Source: Rhizophagus irregularis (lineage: Eukaryota). Taken from it: 64,000 nucleotides of DNA. The translations under genes and the position numbers were made by a program. The notes beneath the pieces were generated by a model. That model did no database searches. It had not been told where the DNA came from and was given only the letters and a program-made list of their open reading frames with translations. This document shows positions 24,468 to 34,791 of this stretch, piece after piece. Every line of letters starts with the position of its first letter. Positions within the stretch are counted from its first letter, which is position 1. The stretch lies in NCBI RefSeq assembly GCF_026210795.1, contig NC_089430.1:1054001-1118000 (forward strand), read 5' to 3'.

Positions 24468-26066
24468 ATGACAGAAAAAAAGCGAAGACAATGGAACGCG
24501 CGTGAAAAAATTGCAATTATTATGTATCATGAGAACGGCCATAGTAAAAGAAAGACAGCAGACAAGTTCAACATTCAAGCAAAGCAACTTTGTGACTGGA
24601 TATCTAAAAAACTACAGTTATTAAAGGTACAGCCGGGTGTAAAACGTTTAAATATAGGAGTAAAACCAAAATATCCAGCTTTAGAAACTGCTCTAGTTAC
24701 CTGGGTTAAAGAAAAAAGAAAAAATCAAAATGCTGTCACACGAAGTATGATTCAAATAAAAGCCCAGACCCTTGCACAACAACGTCAATGGCAAGTTATG
24801 TGTTCTGGTATCAGGTCTTTTAGGTTTAGTAATAAGTGGTTAAATGGTTTCATGAGCTGAAATAAATTGAGTAATCGTCATCGCACTACAATTGCACAAC
24901 GTTTACCTGAAGATTTAATCGAAAAACAGCAATCATTTTTGGCATTCGTCACGTACCGCCGCATACAACATGATTATCCCTTAGCATATATAGGAAACAT
25001 GGATGAAACGCCAGTATCATTTGATCTGCCCACCAATACAACTGTTGATGAACTGGGTGCACGATCAGTTAGCATCCGCACTACAGGTCATGAAAGAACA
25101 AATTTTACAGTTGTATTAACCTGTATGGCAGATGGAACAAAACTTCCCCCACTCATAATTTTCAAACTCAAAAATATTCCACGAGGAAATTTTCCCCCAG
25201 GAGTTATTATTCGAACAAACCAAAAAGGATGGATGAATGAGAATGAGATGCTCTTTTGGATTGAAAATGTATGGGTTAAACGCGAAAGGCTTTCCAATCC
25301 ACAATCATTATTAGTTTTAGATTCATTTTCTGCTCACATCGTGGATTCTGTTAAAAGGCGTTTCATCGAAAAAAAAACTGATATTGCAGTTATTCCTGGA
25401 GGGTTGACATCTCGCCTACAACCTTTGGATGTTTCAGTGAATAAATCATTTAAATCAAAGGTAATAATTATTAATTTTCTCTCCATTTTCTAGGGCGACT
25501 CTATTTTTTTTAAAAAACATTTTATTTTTATTTTCACCTTATAGATGCGAAGAAGATACAATGAGTGGATGGCAGAAACTATAAAAGATTTAACACCAAC
25601 TGGCATCATCAAAAGACCCACTTATGAAACTGTAGCACATTGGGTCAAAGATTCGTGGGAAGCTGTTGATGTTAATTTGATTCGGCGATCCTTTAAATGC
25701 TGTGGCATTTCTAACAATCGTGATGGAACTGAAGATGGCTGGATTTTTAATTATGATCGTCTTGAACAACAAGCAAGCAAACCTAATGATGAAGTAGCAC
25801 CACAATCAGATAAAGAGGACGAAAATACAAGTGATGAGGGATACGAAACTGATACAAGTGAAGAGGAACATGGAACCGACGGAAGTGATGAAGAATTTGG
25901 AAATAATGAAAGTGATGAGGAATCTGAAAATGATGAAAGTGATGAGGAACATGGAAATGAAGAGGATAAATCTGATGAGAGTGAATATGAGGAGGTGGAG
26001 GATGATGGCTATTCGGGTTATTATGATGAACAAGGAACAAATTACGTTAATGTATGGGATGAGTAA
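24468..26066 (+). pseudogene. pogo-like transposase (HTH/CENP-B DNA-binding domains, DDE_1 domain, acidic tail); one stop at 24858; intron 25461-25544
   Basis: NMDETP, LLVLDSFSAH, LQPLDVSVNKSFK; GT...AG intron restores the frame into MRRRYNEW. Confidence 0.9.
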
Positions 26067-26222
26067 AATGGGTGGCTTTGATTGTGTAACCATTGCTAAT
26101 TGATGGTTTGTTAATAAAATTTCATTTTACGGCAATTGTTTTTTTATTACAATTAATTATATGAAAGTGTACATATACTGTATACATTGAACTATACAGT
26201 ATATTTATAAATCAAGGTTAAA

Positions 26223-26686
26223 GTCGTCGGGCTGGATGTGGGAGGTGCAAGCACCACCCACCTCCGGGTCTACGACCCGTCGCAGTACCTATATCGCCCC
26301 TACGGGGCTCAGAAATCCCCATATATCCGCCACAATCTGGGACAACATATGGAACAAATATATATACCAAATAACTAGAAAACAATAGAAAAGGAAGGAA
26401 TAATGGATATAATGAGAGGGTTGTCCCGGATGTGGCAGATGTGGCAGATGTTTCAGAAAAAATATGAGAGGACATTCCCCCAGAAAAAGTTTTATTTTTA
26501 CCCCCTCAGATCCGCCACATCCGGAACATCTGGAACAAGTCAGGATTCTGTCTAATAATCTGTTGGAAGCAGTGAGACAGCAAACCAGGTAAATTAGTAG
26601 GTAAGCCCCTAGAAGGTCTATAAAGCCAGTAAGACCAACCCCGTCCCGCTCCCATCAGAAAAAATAAGTAATTGAACAATGGGTAT
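26223..26686. repeat. Terminal inverted repeat of copy B (integrase side)
   Basis: GTCGTCGGGCTGGATGTGGGAGG...AACAATGGGTAT is the reverse complement of 40489-40951 with few mismatches. Confidence 0.95.
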
Positions 26687-26725
26687 TGAGAATAGAGCAT
26701 ATCCAGATAAGTTTAGAAGACAGTA

Positions 26726-27045
26726 CTAATCCGTCTTCCTCTTTTTTGCCTCCTTAAGGCATTTATCAATACACTGTTTACACGCGTCATCAGAATCTAA
26801 GATTTTCTGTCCAAGTTTTTTGCATTGCCGATTGTAAGCCGTCTGCTGTCTCTTAGCAGCGGTTTCTTTTTTTTCTCCTTAGTCTTCTTCTTGATCACCC
26901 AGTCTATTCCAGTAAAAGTATTCTTATGCATACCACAAATTGTGCAGTCACCATGCAGCCGGTAACGCCCATTTGTAGTCATATCTTGTATTTCACTAGC
27001 CGTCTCAGTTTCCTTCTTGCACTTTAGGCAGTAAAAACGTGTCAT
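26726..27045 (-). pseudogene. Zinc-ribbon protein (DUF5679-like), frameshifted in copy B
   Basis: FYCLKCKK...NGR..L.G.C.ICG..K..F; intact homologue at 62260-62580. Confidence 0.65.
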
Positions 27046-27089
27046 TTTAAGATTTGAAGTCTAAAACCATTCCTTTAATTTGTCGTAAT

Positions 27090-28181
27090 ATGTCGCATTT
27101 AGAGAATTATTACAAATACTACAATCTCTCCGGAGTACCAGCACGAATTCTAAAAGGTGAGGAGCACTACAACCTATACAAAAAGCCCCTAAAGGAGAAG
27201 TCAACAGAACGCCCAAAGGTAATTGTATGGAAACCAAATGCAACACATCAGGCAGATCTTGCAGAGATGCCAGTTGACCCCAAAGGATTCCACTATTTTC
27301 TCGTAGTGGTAGAAGTTGCAGGAAAGAGAGTTGATGCAGAACCCCTAAAGGATAAGACTGCAAATAGAGTTCTAAACGGGTTTGTCAAAATCTACAGAAG
27401 AAATCGTATCAAGCCTCCAACACACCGACTAAAGACAGACTCCGGATCAGAATTCACTAACGACCAGGTACGTGATTTTTTCCTGAACAGCCTAGGGGTA
27501 ATGATGAGGTTCGGAGAGCCAGGAAGGCATAAACAGCAATCTTATGCTGAAAGAGCTATCCAAGCCATCCAAGAAACCCTTCTTAAACGAATGGTAGCAC
27601 AGGAGTTGAAAACTGGGGTGACATCCGTAGAATGGTCAGAAGATTTCCATAATATAGTGAATAAAGTAAATGAACTCTGGCAGAGAAATCCCCCAGACAT
27701 TCCGACAGAGTCACCCAAAGTGTCAAAAAAGACGGATCTCCTCTCTGAAGGAGCACGTGTCAGAGTCAAGTTAGATGAACCTATTTCTGTACTTGATAAC
27801 AAACTTCACGGAAAATTCCATACAGGAGACATAAGATGGAACCCAAACATTCGTGTAATCAAAAAAATGATACTCTCACCTGAACAGCCTCCTACATATC
27901 TTCTTAACGGACCACATGGTCGATTAGGTGTATCCAGATGTGCATATACCCGAAAGGAATTGCAAGTAGTTCCTATTAATGAAAAGCCTCCACCTGACTC
28001 TGTGATAAGAGGACAACCTGAAAGATTTGTTCTTGAGCAGATACTTCGGCATCGCATTAGAAAAGGTCAAGACCAGTATTTGGTTAAGTGGGAGCGCTAT
28101 CCAGACACTGAGGCTACTTGGGAACCTGCTGACCAGTTGAAGGAGGATGTCCCTGACTTAATTCGCAAATTTTGGGAATAA
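27090..28181 (+). CDS. Retroviral-like (rve, DDE) integrase with C-terminal chromodomain, intact
   Basis: HQADL, TDSGSEF, YAERAI (D,D,E triad); chromodomain EQILRHR....QYLVKWERYPDTEATWEP. First ATG at 27090. Confidence 0.92.
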   Translation: MSHLENYYKYYNLSGVPARILKGEEHYNLYKKPLKEKSTERPKVIVWKPNATHQADLAEMPVDPKGFHYFLVVVEVAGKRVDAEPLKDKTANRVLNGFVKIYRRNRIKPPTHRLKTDSGSEFTNDQVRDFFLNSLGVMMRFGEPGRHKQQSYAERAIQAIQETLLKRMVAQELKTGVTSVEWSEDFHNIVNKVNELWQRNPPDIPTESPKVSKKTDLLSEGARVRVKLDEPISVLDNKLHGKFHTGDIRWNPNIRVIKKMILSPEQPPTYLLNGPHGRLGVSRCAYTRKELQVVPINEKPPPDSVIRGQPERFVLEQILRHRIRKGQDQYLVKWERYPDTEATWEPADQLKEDVPDLIRKFWE

Positions 28182-28205
28182 AAAAAATAGAAAAATTAAA
28201 GGGTC

Positions 28206-28945
28206 TTATTTTTTATCCCCTCGATTAGCATCAGGAACTATCAGGATAAAAACATTCTTCCCATCACAGGTAAAGGCTATATGTTCACGTGATTCATGGA
28301 CATCATAATTGTAACGTTTCAGACACGTTCGGCTTAACCCAATTTCCCTATGCTTGTAACCACTTAAGACTGCAAGGTCCTCAGTGATAGCATAATCAGG
28401 GGTAAGTTTGATTGTCACTCCCTTTACCATGCCAAATGTCCTACCTGTTCCTGAAGTACCAGATATGTTGTATGTAATACTCTTGTCGATATCCAACCCT
28501 AATTCCTCAGCAGCTTCTCTCTGAATAAAAGACGCATTAGCACAAGTGTCTGCTAAACACTGAATTGCTATCCCATTAACCTCCCCATCCAGTGCTAAAA
28601 GATCTTTAGTATTCTCTAAACGAGCTATGTCAATATCCATAGGATCGTCTACCCTGATATCTTCTTCTTGTTCCTCCTCAACTAGGTCCTCCGGAATCTC
28701 TGTGACTTTTCTAGCAGACAATAACTCCTCCTGAAGAATCTCACGGAGTAATTTCCTAAAGTCTGCAGACCTTAACAGGCTTAATAAGTCATTCTTAGTA
28801 ACAGCTTTTGCAGGTGTAGACTTACTACCAGTAACTTTCACAGGAATCTTAACAGGGGTTGCTTTGCCTTTCAATGGCACACTAGAAGAGCTAACTGCTG
28901 TCTTATTTGGGGACGACTTAAGAAGTTTTGAGATACTTGAACCTA
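28206..28945 (-). CDS. Retropepsin-type aspartic protease, in the -1 frame relative to the Gag-like ORF
   Basis: GEVNG..IQCLADTCANASFI..EAAEELGL, flap ISGTSG, IGLSRTCL. Frame is open back to the A-run before the Gag stop. Confidence 0.82.
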
Positions 28946-30373
28946 CTTTTTTTTTGACCCAACACGAACCATATAGACATCACCATCTTTTTCTTTCAAT
29001 TCTACCTTTTCACCAAAACTCGCAGTATCAATGTCCATAGCATCATCATTAAGATCGAGGTTTCTCATTGCTCGGGCCAAATCCAGATCATCACGTCTAT
29101 CTTTAGCCTTCTGAAGTTGTTTTGTAAGTATTTTAGACGTCCCACGTTTATATCCCATAATAAGATCAATAGCATTTTGATGATCATCCAAAGTCCACTC
29201 AGGAGCATCAGGGTCATCACCAACATCATGATCTACATAACCATCATCCCAATCAGGATCCTGAGGATCCTGAACAACACGTCTCTGTGGTTTTGGTCGA
29301 ACAGGTTTAATCTGCTGTCTATAGACTGGTGGATTACGAACTGGCCGAGCCTGTAATTGTTTAAATTGCACCTGAAAATTCTTGGTAAGTTCCTCAGCTT
29401 GAGCCTTAAGTAACTCTTGTAATTGTTCTTGAGTAACCCCAGATGACTTTGATGTCAGTACGACAGGTTCCTGTTTTCCTAACAGAGGTTGAGTTACATC
29501 ACTGTAATCTGCTTGAAGTCGTCGATTTCTATCTTGTAACCCCAAGCGCATTTCAGCCCTTCTCCGTTCTAAATTTCTCAGATGTTTAACCAAGTCATCA
29601 GGATTAAGATTACTAAACCTTTCTGCTTCAAAAATATTATCAGCCGAAAGACCTCTAAAGAACTGGTCGATAATAAGATCATCAGTTAGTTTTAGTAATT
29701 TTCCAGCTCTCTTTACAGTTCTATAAAATGCATCGACTGGCTCATTTTCCTGATAAAGACTGTTAAAACGGATACGTTTCTTTTCATCTAAAATAGTTGG
29801 AAATTGTGTTCTAAGCCAATAAAGCGCCTGGTTAGGTTTAATACCTGAAAAAACTATAAGATGATTATTAGCAGCAGCAACACCAGCATCTGCAGTAGCT
29901 GGAGCAACTCTATCTGTCGGACGAGCACCAGCTCTTTCCCAAGCTTTATTTCCACCTATTAAATCATGAGTAGGAATAAATGTTGCTCTAATAGTTGCTA
30001 ATGCATTATTTATATCTCTTGAATAGATTTGTGCTTCAGACCCATTTACATAGGTACCTGCATTTGGTCCTCCTGCACCTTCTGGTATTACTAATGCTAC
30101 AAAAGCAGCTAAATTAGCTCCACCTCTTGAAGTGATACCAGAAAGTTCCCAATTTTTTCCTGTAATTTCTCGATCAAACCATTCAGTTGCTTCACCAGTC
30201 ATGCAGCTTCTAAGTATACCCATAGCTCTTTTCCAAGACTCTGGTGGCCCTCCAGCAGCATATGGGTTAAGATTAATAGTATCAAGATAACCCATATAAA
30301 GCCTAACAAATGTATCAATATCATCAATAGCTTTACCCTCAAAAATCGGCAATTCTATCGCAGTGGTAGCCAT
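28943..30373 (-). CDS. Retrotransposon Gag (capsid)-like protein, 476 aa, intact
   Basis: LPIFEG..DDIDTF, LRSCMTGEATEWF, and an MHR-like LYQ.NEPVDAFY...K.......D..IIDQFFRGL. No zinc knuckle seen. Confidence 0.78.
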   Translation of the reverse strand: MATTAIELPIFEGKAIDDIDTFVRLYMGYLDTINLNPYAAGGPPESWKRAMGILRSCMTGEATEWFDREITGKNWELSGITSRGGANLAAFVALVIPEGAGGPNAGTYVNGSEAQIYSRDINNALATIRATFIPTHDLIGGNKAWERAGARPTDRVAPATADAGVAAANNHLIVFSGIKPNQALYWLRTQFPTILDEKKRIRFNSLYQENEPVDAFYRTVKRAGKLLKLTDDLIIDQFFRGLSADNIFEAERFSNLNPDDLVKHLRNLERRRAEMRLGLQDRNRRLQADYSDVTQPLLGKQEPVVLTSKSSGVTQEQLQELLKAQAEELTKNFQVQFKQLQARPVRNPPVYRQQIKPVRPKPQRRVVQDPQDPDWDDGYVDHDVGDDPDAPEWTLDDHQNAIDLIMGYKRGTSKILTKQLQKAKDRRDDLDLARAMRNLDLNDDAMDIDTASFGEKVELKEKDGDVYMVRVGSKKK

Positions 30374-31152
30374 ATCGTCTCTAGTGGATTGTTTAAAAGA
30401 GGTGGAGGAGGGTTCAATTGTCTAATTCGAAACCATTGTACCTGAATTCTAAGAGCAGCTATCTGTTGGAAAAGTCTATTTCTAAGTCTCCCTAATGTCT
30501 GAATCCCAAAACGCACCCTATTATTAGCATGTGCTAGCTGTACATTAACCTGTCCAAGTTGCACATTAACCAATACAAGTTGTCCTCCAGTTCGAGTAGC
30601 CCTCAGCCGCCAATGATTTAAAAGGATATTACCACGATTCACAGCATTTTGAGCCTCATTACGATCCCTTACTGCTTGAGTATAATCTGCTTGTAATACA
30701 TTACGTTCATGTCATGCCTGATTACGTTCACCTATAGCCTGTCGACGAAGCTCTACCATAGTATCATAATCTCTTTGCAGGTTATGGTTTTCTTCTATGA
30801 AATTATCATTGGCAGCACGTATAATAACTAATTGACATTCTAAATTAGTAAACGTTTCATCAAATGCATTTATCTTACCTTGTGCAAAAACTAACAAATC
30901 TTTTGTAATACCAAGTTCTTCATGTTTTGCTTTACAGCGATACATTAATATATTAATAATATGTTTGATTTGATTATTTGCCTCCTGTATCTCTGAATCA
31001 ACAGTTAAACGACCCCTGGTAGTCAATAAATTTGCATGAGCCTTTAGTATTCTAACTAATTCATCATCGTCTTTTTCATTGACCAAGTGTGCAGGAGGCG
31101 GTCCAGTAGGTTCTGAAGGAGTATAAACTGGAATTGGTGTTGATGTCGACAT
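30355..31152 (-). pseudogene. Coiled-coil protein upstream of Gag (265 aa; one CGA>TGA stop at 30712)
   Basis: Intact homologue at 58152-58949; heptad-rich; ends PPPPLLNNPLETIWLPLR overlapping the Gag start. Confidence 0.75.
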
Positions 31153-31183
31153 AGTATTTAAACTAAGTTAGAATAAAATTCAA

Positions 31184-32407
31184 ATGGATCTTTATATATA
31201 CAATTTGGACGAGTATACGACCGACTCAAGACAAGGCAATGAGTTTGCTCCATCATGGCCCTTTCGATTAGCTGTAGCAGGTAGCTCAGACTCAGGTAAG
31301 ACAACTATGATCATTAATTTGTTAATGGGTGACAAGAAAGCAAAAGAGGATGGTAATCGGTATGTACTATGTGATGCAGTACTTTTAGTTGGCAGATATC
31401 TTGACGAGCTGAAGTGGGCAGTTGTACATGATTTTTTCGAAGAGGAAAAGATCCCATTCACTGCAGTAACCCATAGTGAGATTTCAGAGATTGACTCCTT
31501 CGACCCTACTCAAGCTACTGTGGTAATCTTCGAGGATCTGATGGATGCACCTAAAAAAATCCAGGATCTCATCACTGGTTACTTTACACATGGACGACAC
31601 AAAAATATTTCATGTATTTATGTAGCCCAAAGATTCTTTGCCATTCCTAAGGCTATTCGATAAAATGTTAACTACATCTCACTGCATGGAGGTCATGGGA
31701 GCCTTACAAATACCAAGAGAATCATCCGCCTATATACAGAAGAATCAGAGTCATTAGCACCAGTAATTGATGATCTTACTCTGCAACGTGAATTTGTAGT
31801 GTTTGATCTTAGACGGTCCAAAAGTAATCCACTGTCCATTCGAGTAAGATGGGATACTAGTCTCAGTTCTATCACAGAGCAATCTCAGTTCAATCCTAGT
31901 TCGATCTCAGTTCAATCTCAGTTTGATCCAAGCTTGAACCCAGTTCGATCTCAGTCTGAACCCAGTTCAATCACAGTTCGATCCAAGTTTAGTCCCTATA
32001 GTCAGAAAGCTGTATTTGAAGCAAAAAAAGGTGGACACTTGATTGAATTTGCTCGGGTATTTCCATCCCCTAAAGAACGTCAACATTTACTTGTACCTGG
32101 TGTCTTAGCCAAGAATGCAGATACCTGGATTAAATATGTCTTTCGGGAAGCTTATGGACTCTCTGGTAAGACCCTAGGAGCTGACTTTCAGGATTTCTTA
32201 GCAAAAGTACAGGGTAGGACTGCAAAGACTGAAACTCTGAAAACTGAGAATGTGAAGGAGTTATTCTCCCGATATGAAGCCCTGAAGTCTAGTCGCCCTC
32301 TGGATAATAAACAAATAATAGAAGGTATTGAAGTCCTTCTACAGATCTTTTCTAAGAGCCACATGGACCGTCGAGCATTACAAGTAGGGATTAATAGTAT
32401 CTTGTGA
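31184..32407 (+). pseudogene. A32/FtsK-HerA-type DNA-packaging ATPase (407 codons; one stop at 31661 that is GAA in copy A)
   Basis: PFRLAVAGSSDSGKTT (Walker A), VVIFEDL (Walker B), FTHGRHKNISCIYVAQ (Arg finger and sensor Gln), IPKAIR.N. Confidence 0.88.
31864..31995. repeat. 11-bp tandem repeat, 12 units, inside the ATPase ORF
   Basis: Consensus CAGTTCGATCY; also present in copy A at ~23700-23831. Confidence 0.85.
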
Positions 32408-32951
32408 GAATATCAAGTAATTCGTCTGCAGAAGCTTTAAGAATCATAGCACTTTTTTTACGGCCTTCAAAGTCAATCCTTAACATCTTAGCCTTCAACC
32501 CTATTGCTCCTAAAGCACGAGAAGCAAAGTTCTTAGTCATTGGATTACTTATATGATTTACATAGTTCTCATAGAATGTAGTGAAAGGCTCGTCAATACC
32601 ATCTGGATATGTATCCCTTAGAAATTGATATAAAGCAATTTCTCCACTGTCATAACCTATGGCTATAAGCTGTTCGAGAAGCCACTTCCTAATATCTTCA
32701 TATGGCTCTCCATCCATAATATTCATATCCAGTTTTTGTGTAAACAATTGTGTAAAGTCCACATTACTTCCCCGACGAATGATCTGAACTAACTTATCCC
32801 TAGCAAGTCCCAAGGCTTGTAAAGGTTCACTCTCGTCGCCAATCTTCTTTATAATCTGTCTATACAACACGCTGGATAATCCTCTATATGCTGTTTTTGG
32901 AGTGATTACTCCACAGTTTTGGCATTGGTTTATTACGATTGATGTTGACAT
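32391..32951 (-). CDS. Hypothetical 186-aa protein (N-terminal CxxC; C-terminus resembles a winged-helix domain)
   Basis: Intact ORF. LYQFLRDTY...FTTFYENYV......TK.FASRAL..IGLK parallels LFQFIKD.Y...FY.VY..Y......SK..ASRIL..LGIN of the element's own helicase. Confidence 0.65.
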   Translation of the reverse strand: MSTSIVINQCQNCGVITPKTAYRGLSSVLYRQIIKKIGDESEPLQALGLARDKLVQIIRRGSNVDFTQLFTQKLDMNIMDGEPYEDIRKWLLEQLIAIGYDSGEIALYQFLRDTYPDGIDEPFTTFYENYVNHISNPMTKNFASRALGAIGLKAKMLRIDFEGRKKSAMILKASADELLDILTRYY

Positions 32952-32996
32952 GGCTATCTTTCTTTATGTAAAAAAGAATTATTCAAAATTAAGTAA

Positions 32997-33577
32997 CTAT
33001 TCAGAGCAGTCCTTGCACAACTTGTCCGTTAAGTCACTTGGGCTTACAGGCATGAGACATTCCCTACACAACTCAATATTTAGCTCTGCAAGTCTCGGGT
33101 ATGGTCCTCCAAAGTTCGTGGACGACCGGAAGGACCGGAGGAAGGTGTCCCGTTAGTCATATCTTGCTGTAAGATAAAATCATCATATTCATCTTGGTCA
33201 GCCTGAATAGCGGCCCTGATTTGTTGTATATCATTGAAAGTTAACCGCTGCCCATCAAGATTTTCCTCATTATAGCGTGTTTCATTGATGATTTCCTCTA
33301 TAAGCGCCTCTTCTTCATAATGGACAAGGTAGTAATCCTCAACTACCTCATAGTCACTCTCAATCAGTCTATGATATGTTCTAGTACCACGTCGAACATA
33401 ACGTCCTGTATCTGTATTTAAATATACAGGTTGCTCTTCAGGTGGAGGTGCAGTTTGTCTACGGACAAGCCTTCCATCAATATAATCATGGGATTCCATA
33501 ACTATTCAATTAAAGGTATCTCCACCGATAATAATTGGACGTCCAGTTATAGGGTTAGCTATATAAGGGTAAGACAT
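32997..33577 (-). pseudogene. NPxTGR-repeat / zinc-finger small protein (copy B, disrupted)
   Basis: Homologue of 22122-22699, with a different stop and frameshift. Confidence 0.6.
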
Positions 33578-33700
33578 GTCTTTTTTCTGTACGTGTCTAC
33601 ATACCTAATAGTTTTCTTCAATTTACAATAACCAAGTGACACGGTCATCAGTCCTTATTAAAAAATGCAAGGATACCTGATGATAAGGTTACATGGTCAT

Positions 33701-33979
33701 CACTGGTAAAAAAATGATTTATCCTACACATATCTTACACATATTGGGTACTCAAAATGTAGAAAATCATACACAAATAATACACATATCATACACATAT
33801 CGGGTACTAATATATATATCATACATATATCAGGTACCTGATAGGTATACTATATATATAAGTACCCGATATGTGTATGATATGTGTATTATTTGTGTAT
33901 GATTTTCTACATTTTGAGTACCCGATATATATAAGATATGTGTAGGATATGTGTAGAATAGACCATTTTTTTACCAGTG
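33701..33979. mobile_element. CACTA-type foldback MITE inserted in the 53-bp array of copy B
   Basis: TIR CACTGGTAAAAAAATG / CATTTTTTTACCAGTG; 3-bp TSD CAT; near-palindromic throughout. Confidence 0.88.
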
Positions 33980-34300
33980 CATCAATCCTTGTCGAAAAAA
34001 TGCAAGGATACCTGATGATAAGGTTACATGGTCATCAGTCCTTGTCAAGAAATATGAGGATACCCGATAAATAAGTTACTGGGTTATTGGCCTAGAATGC
34101 ATTCATGGAAAAACTATGGATTATATTACAGAAAATGTGAACGGAGTTCATGTCACGTGATACCCTGAACAAATGTGTAGAGTGTCACGTGATTTCATGC
34201 GGTACGTAGATCATTTCATTTTTGGGCGATACCCGTTCCACAAAAAATCGATTTGGTAAGAATGCGTTTGGAACCCTGTGTAACATAAATTTCCTTTTTC

Positions 34301-34715
34301 GGGGGTCGTCTAAAGCGGAGTCAAATCACGTGATTTGATATAATATGAGTGAACTAATTTTTTTATGAATCAAGTTTAACATAAACTTGAAAATCATAAA
34401 ATAAGTGTATTTTAGCCTGCTCTACGAGTTTACTTAAGGTTGAAAGGTAGATTTTGAATACTGGTTTTCACTTTATATATTAGCAAAAGCTTTTTTGCCG
34501 ATCATATCCAAAAATGGATAGACAAAAATGAAAAGTCAAATAAATCGAAAACGGCATTCAAAACTCATTTTGTCATTCTAAGTAAACTTGCAGAGCAGGC
34601 CAAAATACACTTAGTATATATGTTTAAAAGGTCATATATATATTGCGAAAAATTTTATTTAGAAAATAAATTTTTTTCAAAGTCACGTGATTTGACTCCG
34701 CTTTAGACGTCCCCC
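34301..34715. mobile_element. MITE with ~33-bp TIRs
   Basis: GGGGGTCGTCTAAAGCGGAGTCAAATCACGTGA / TCACGTGATTTGACTCCGCTTTAGACGTCCCCC. Flanked by duplicated TTTTTC (TSD 6-10 bp depending on boundary choice). Confidence 0.85.
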
Positions 34716-34791
34716 TTTTTCGGTAATTCGGGATTACGCGGTAATGCTGGCCGGATCTAAAAAATATAAACTAATTTCGTACAGGAGCCGC

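Noticed and set aside
26218..26700. ORFs inside the TIRs (26218-26475, 26506-26700, 40445-40983, 63106-63519)
   Set aside because: Reading frames differ among the three TIR copies and run past the element ends; most likely non-coding.
27090..31152. Gag-protease-integrase as a nested, decayed LTR retrotransposon
   Set aside because: No LTRs, PBS, TSD or RT/RNase H remnant. The integrase is on the opposite strand as a separate gene, and the arrangement is identical in both copies.
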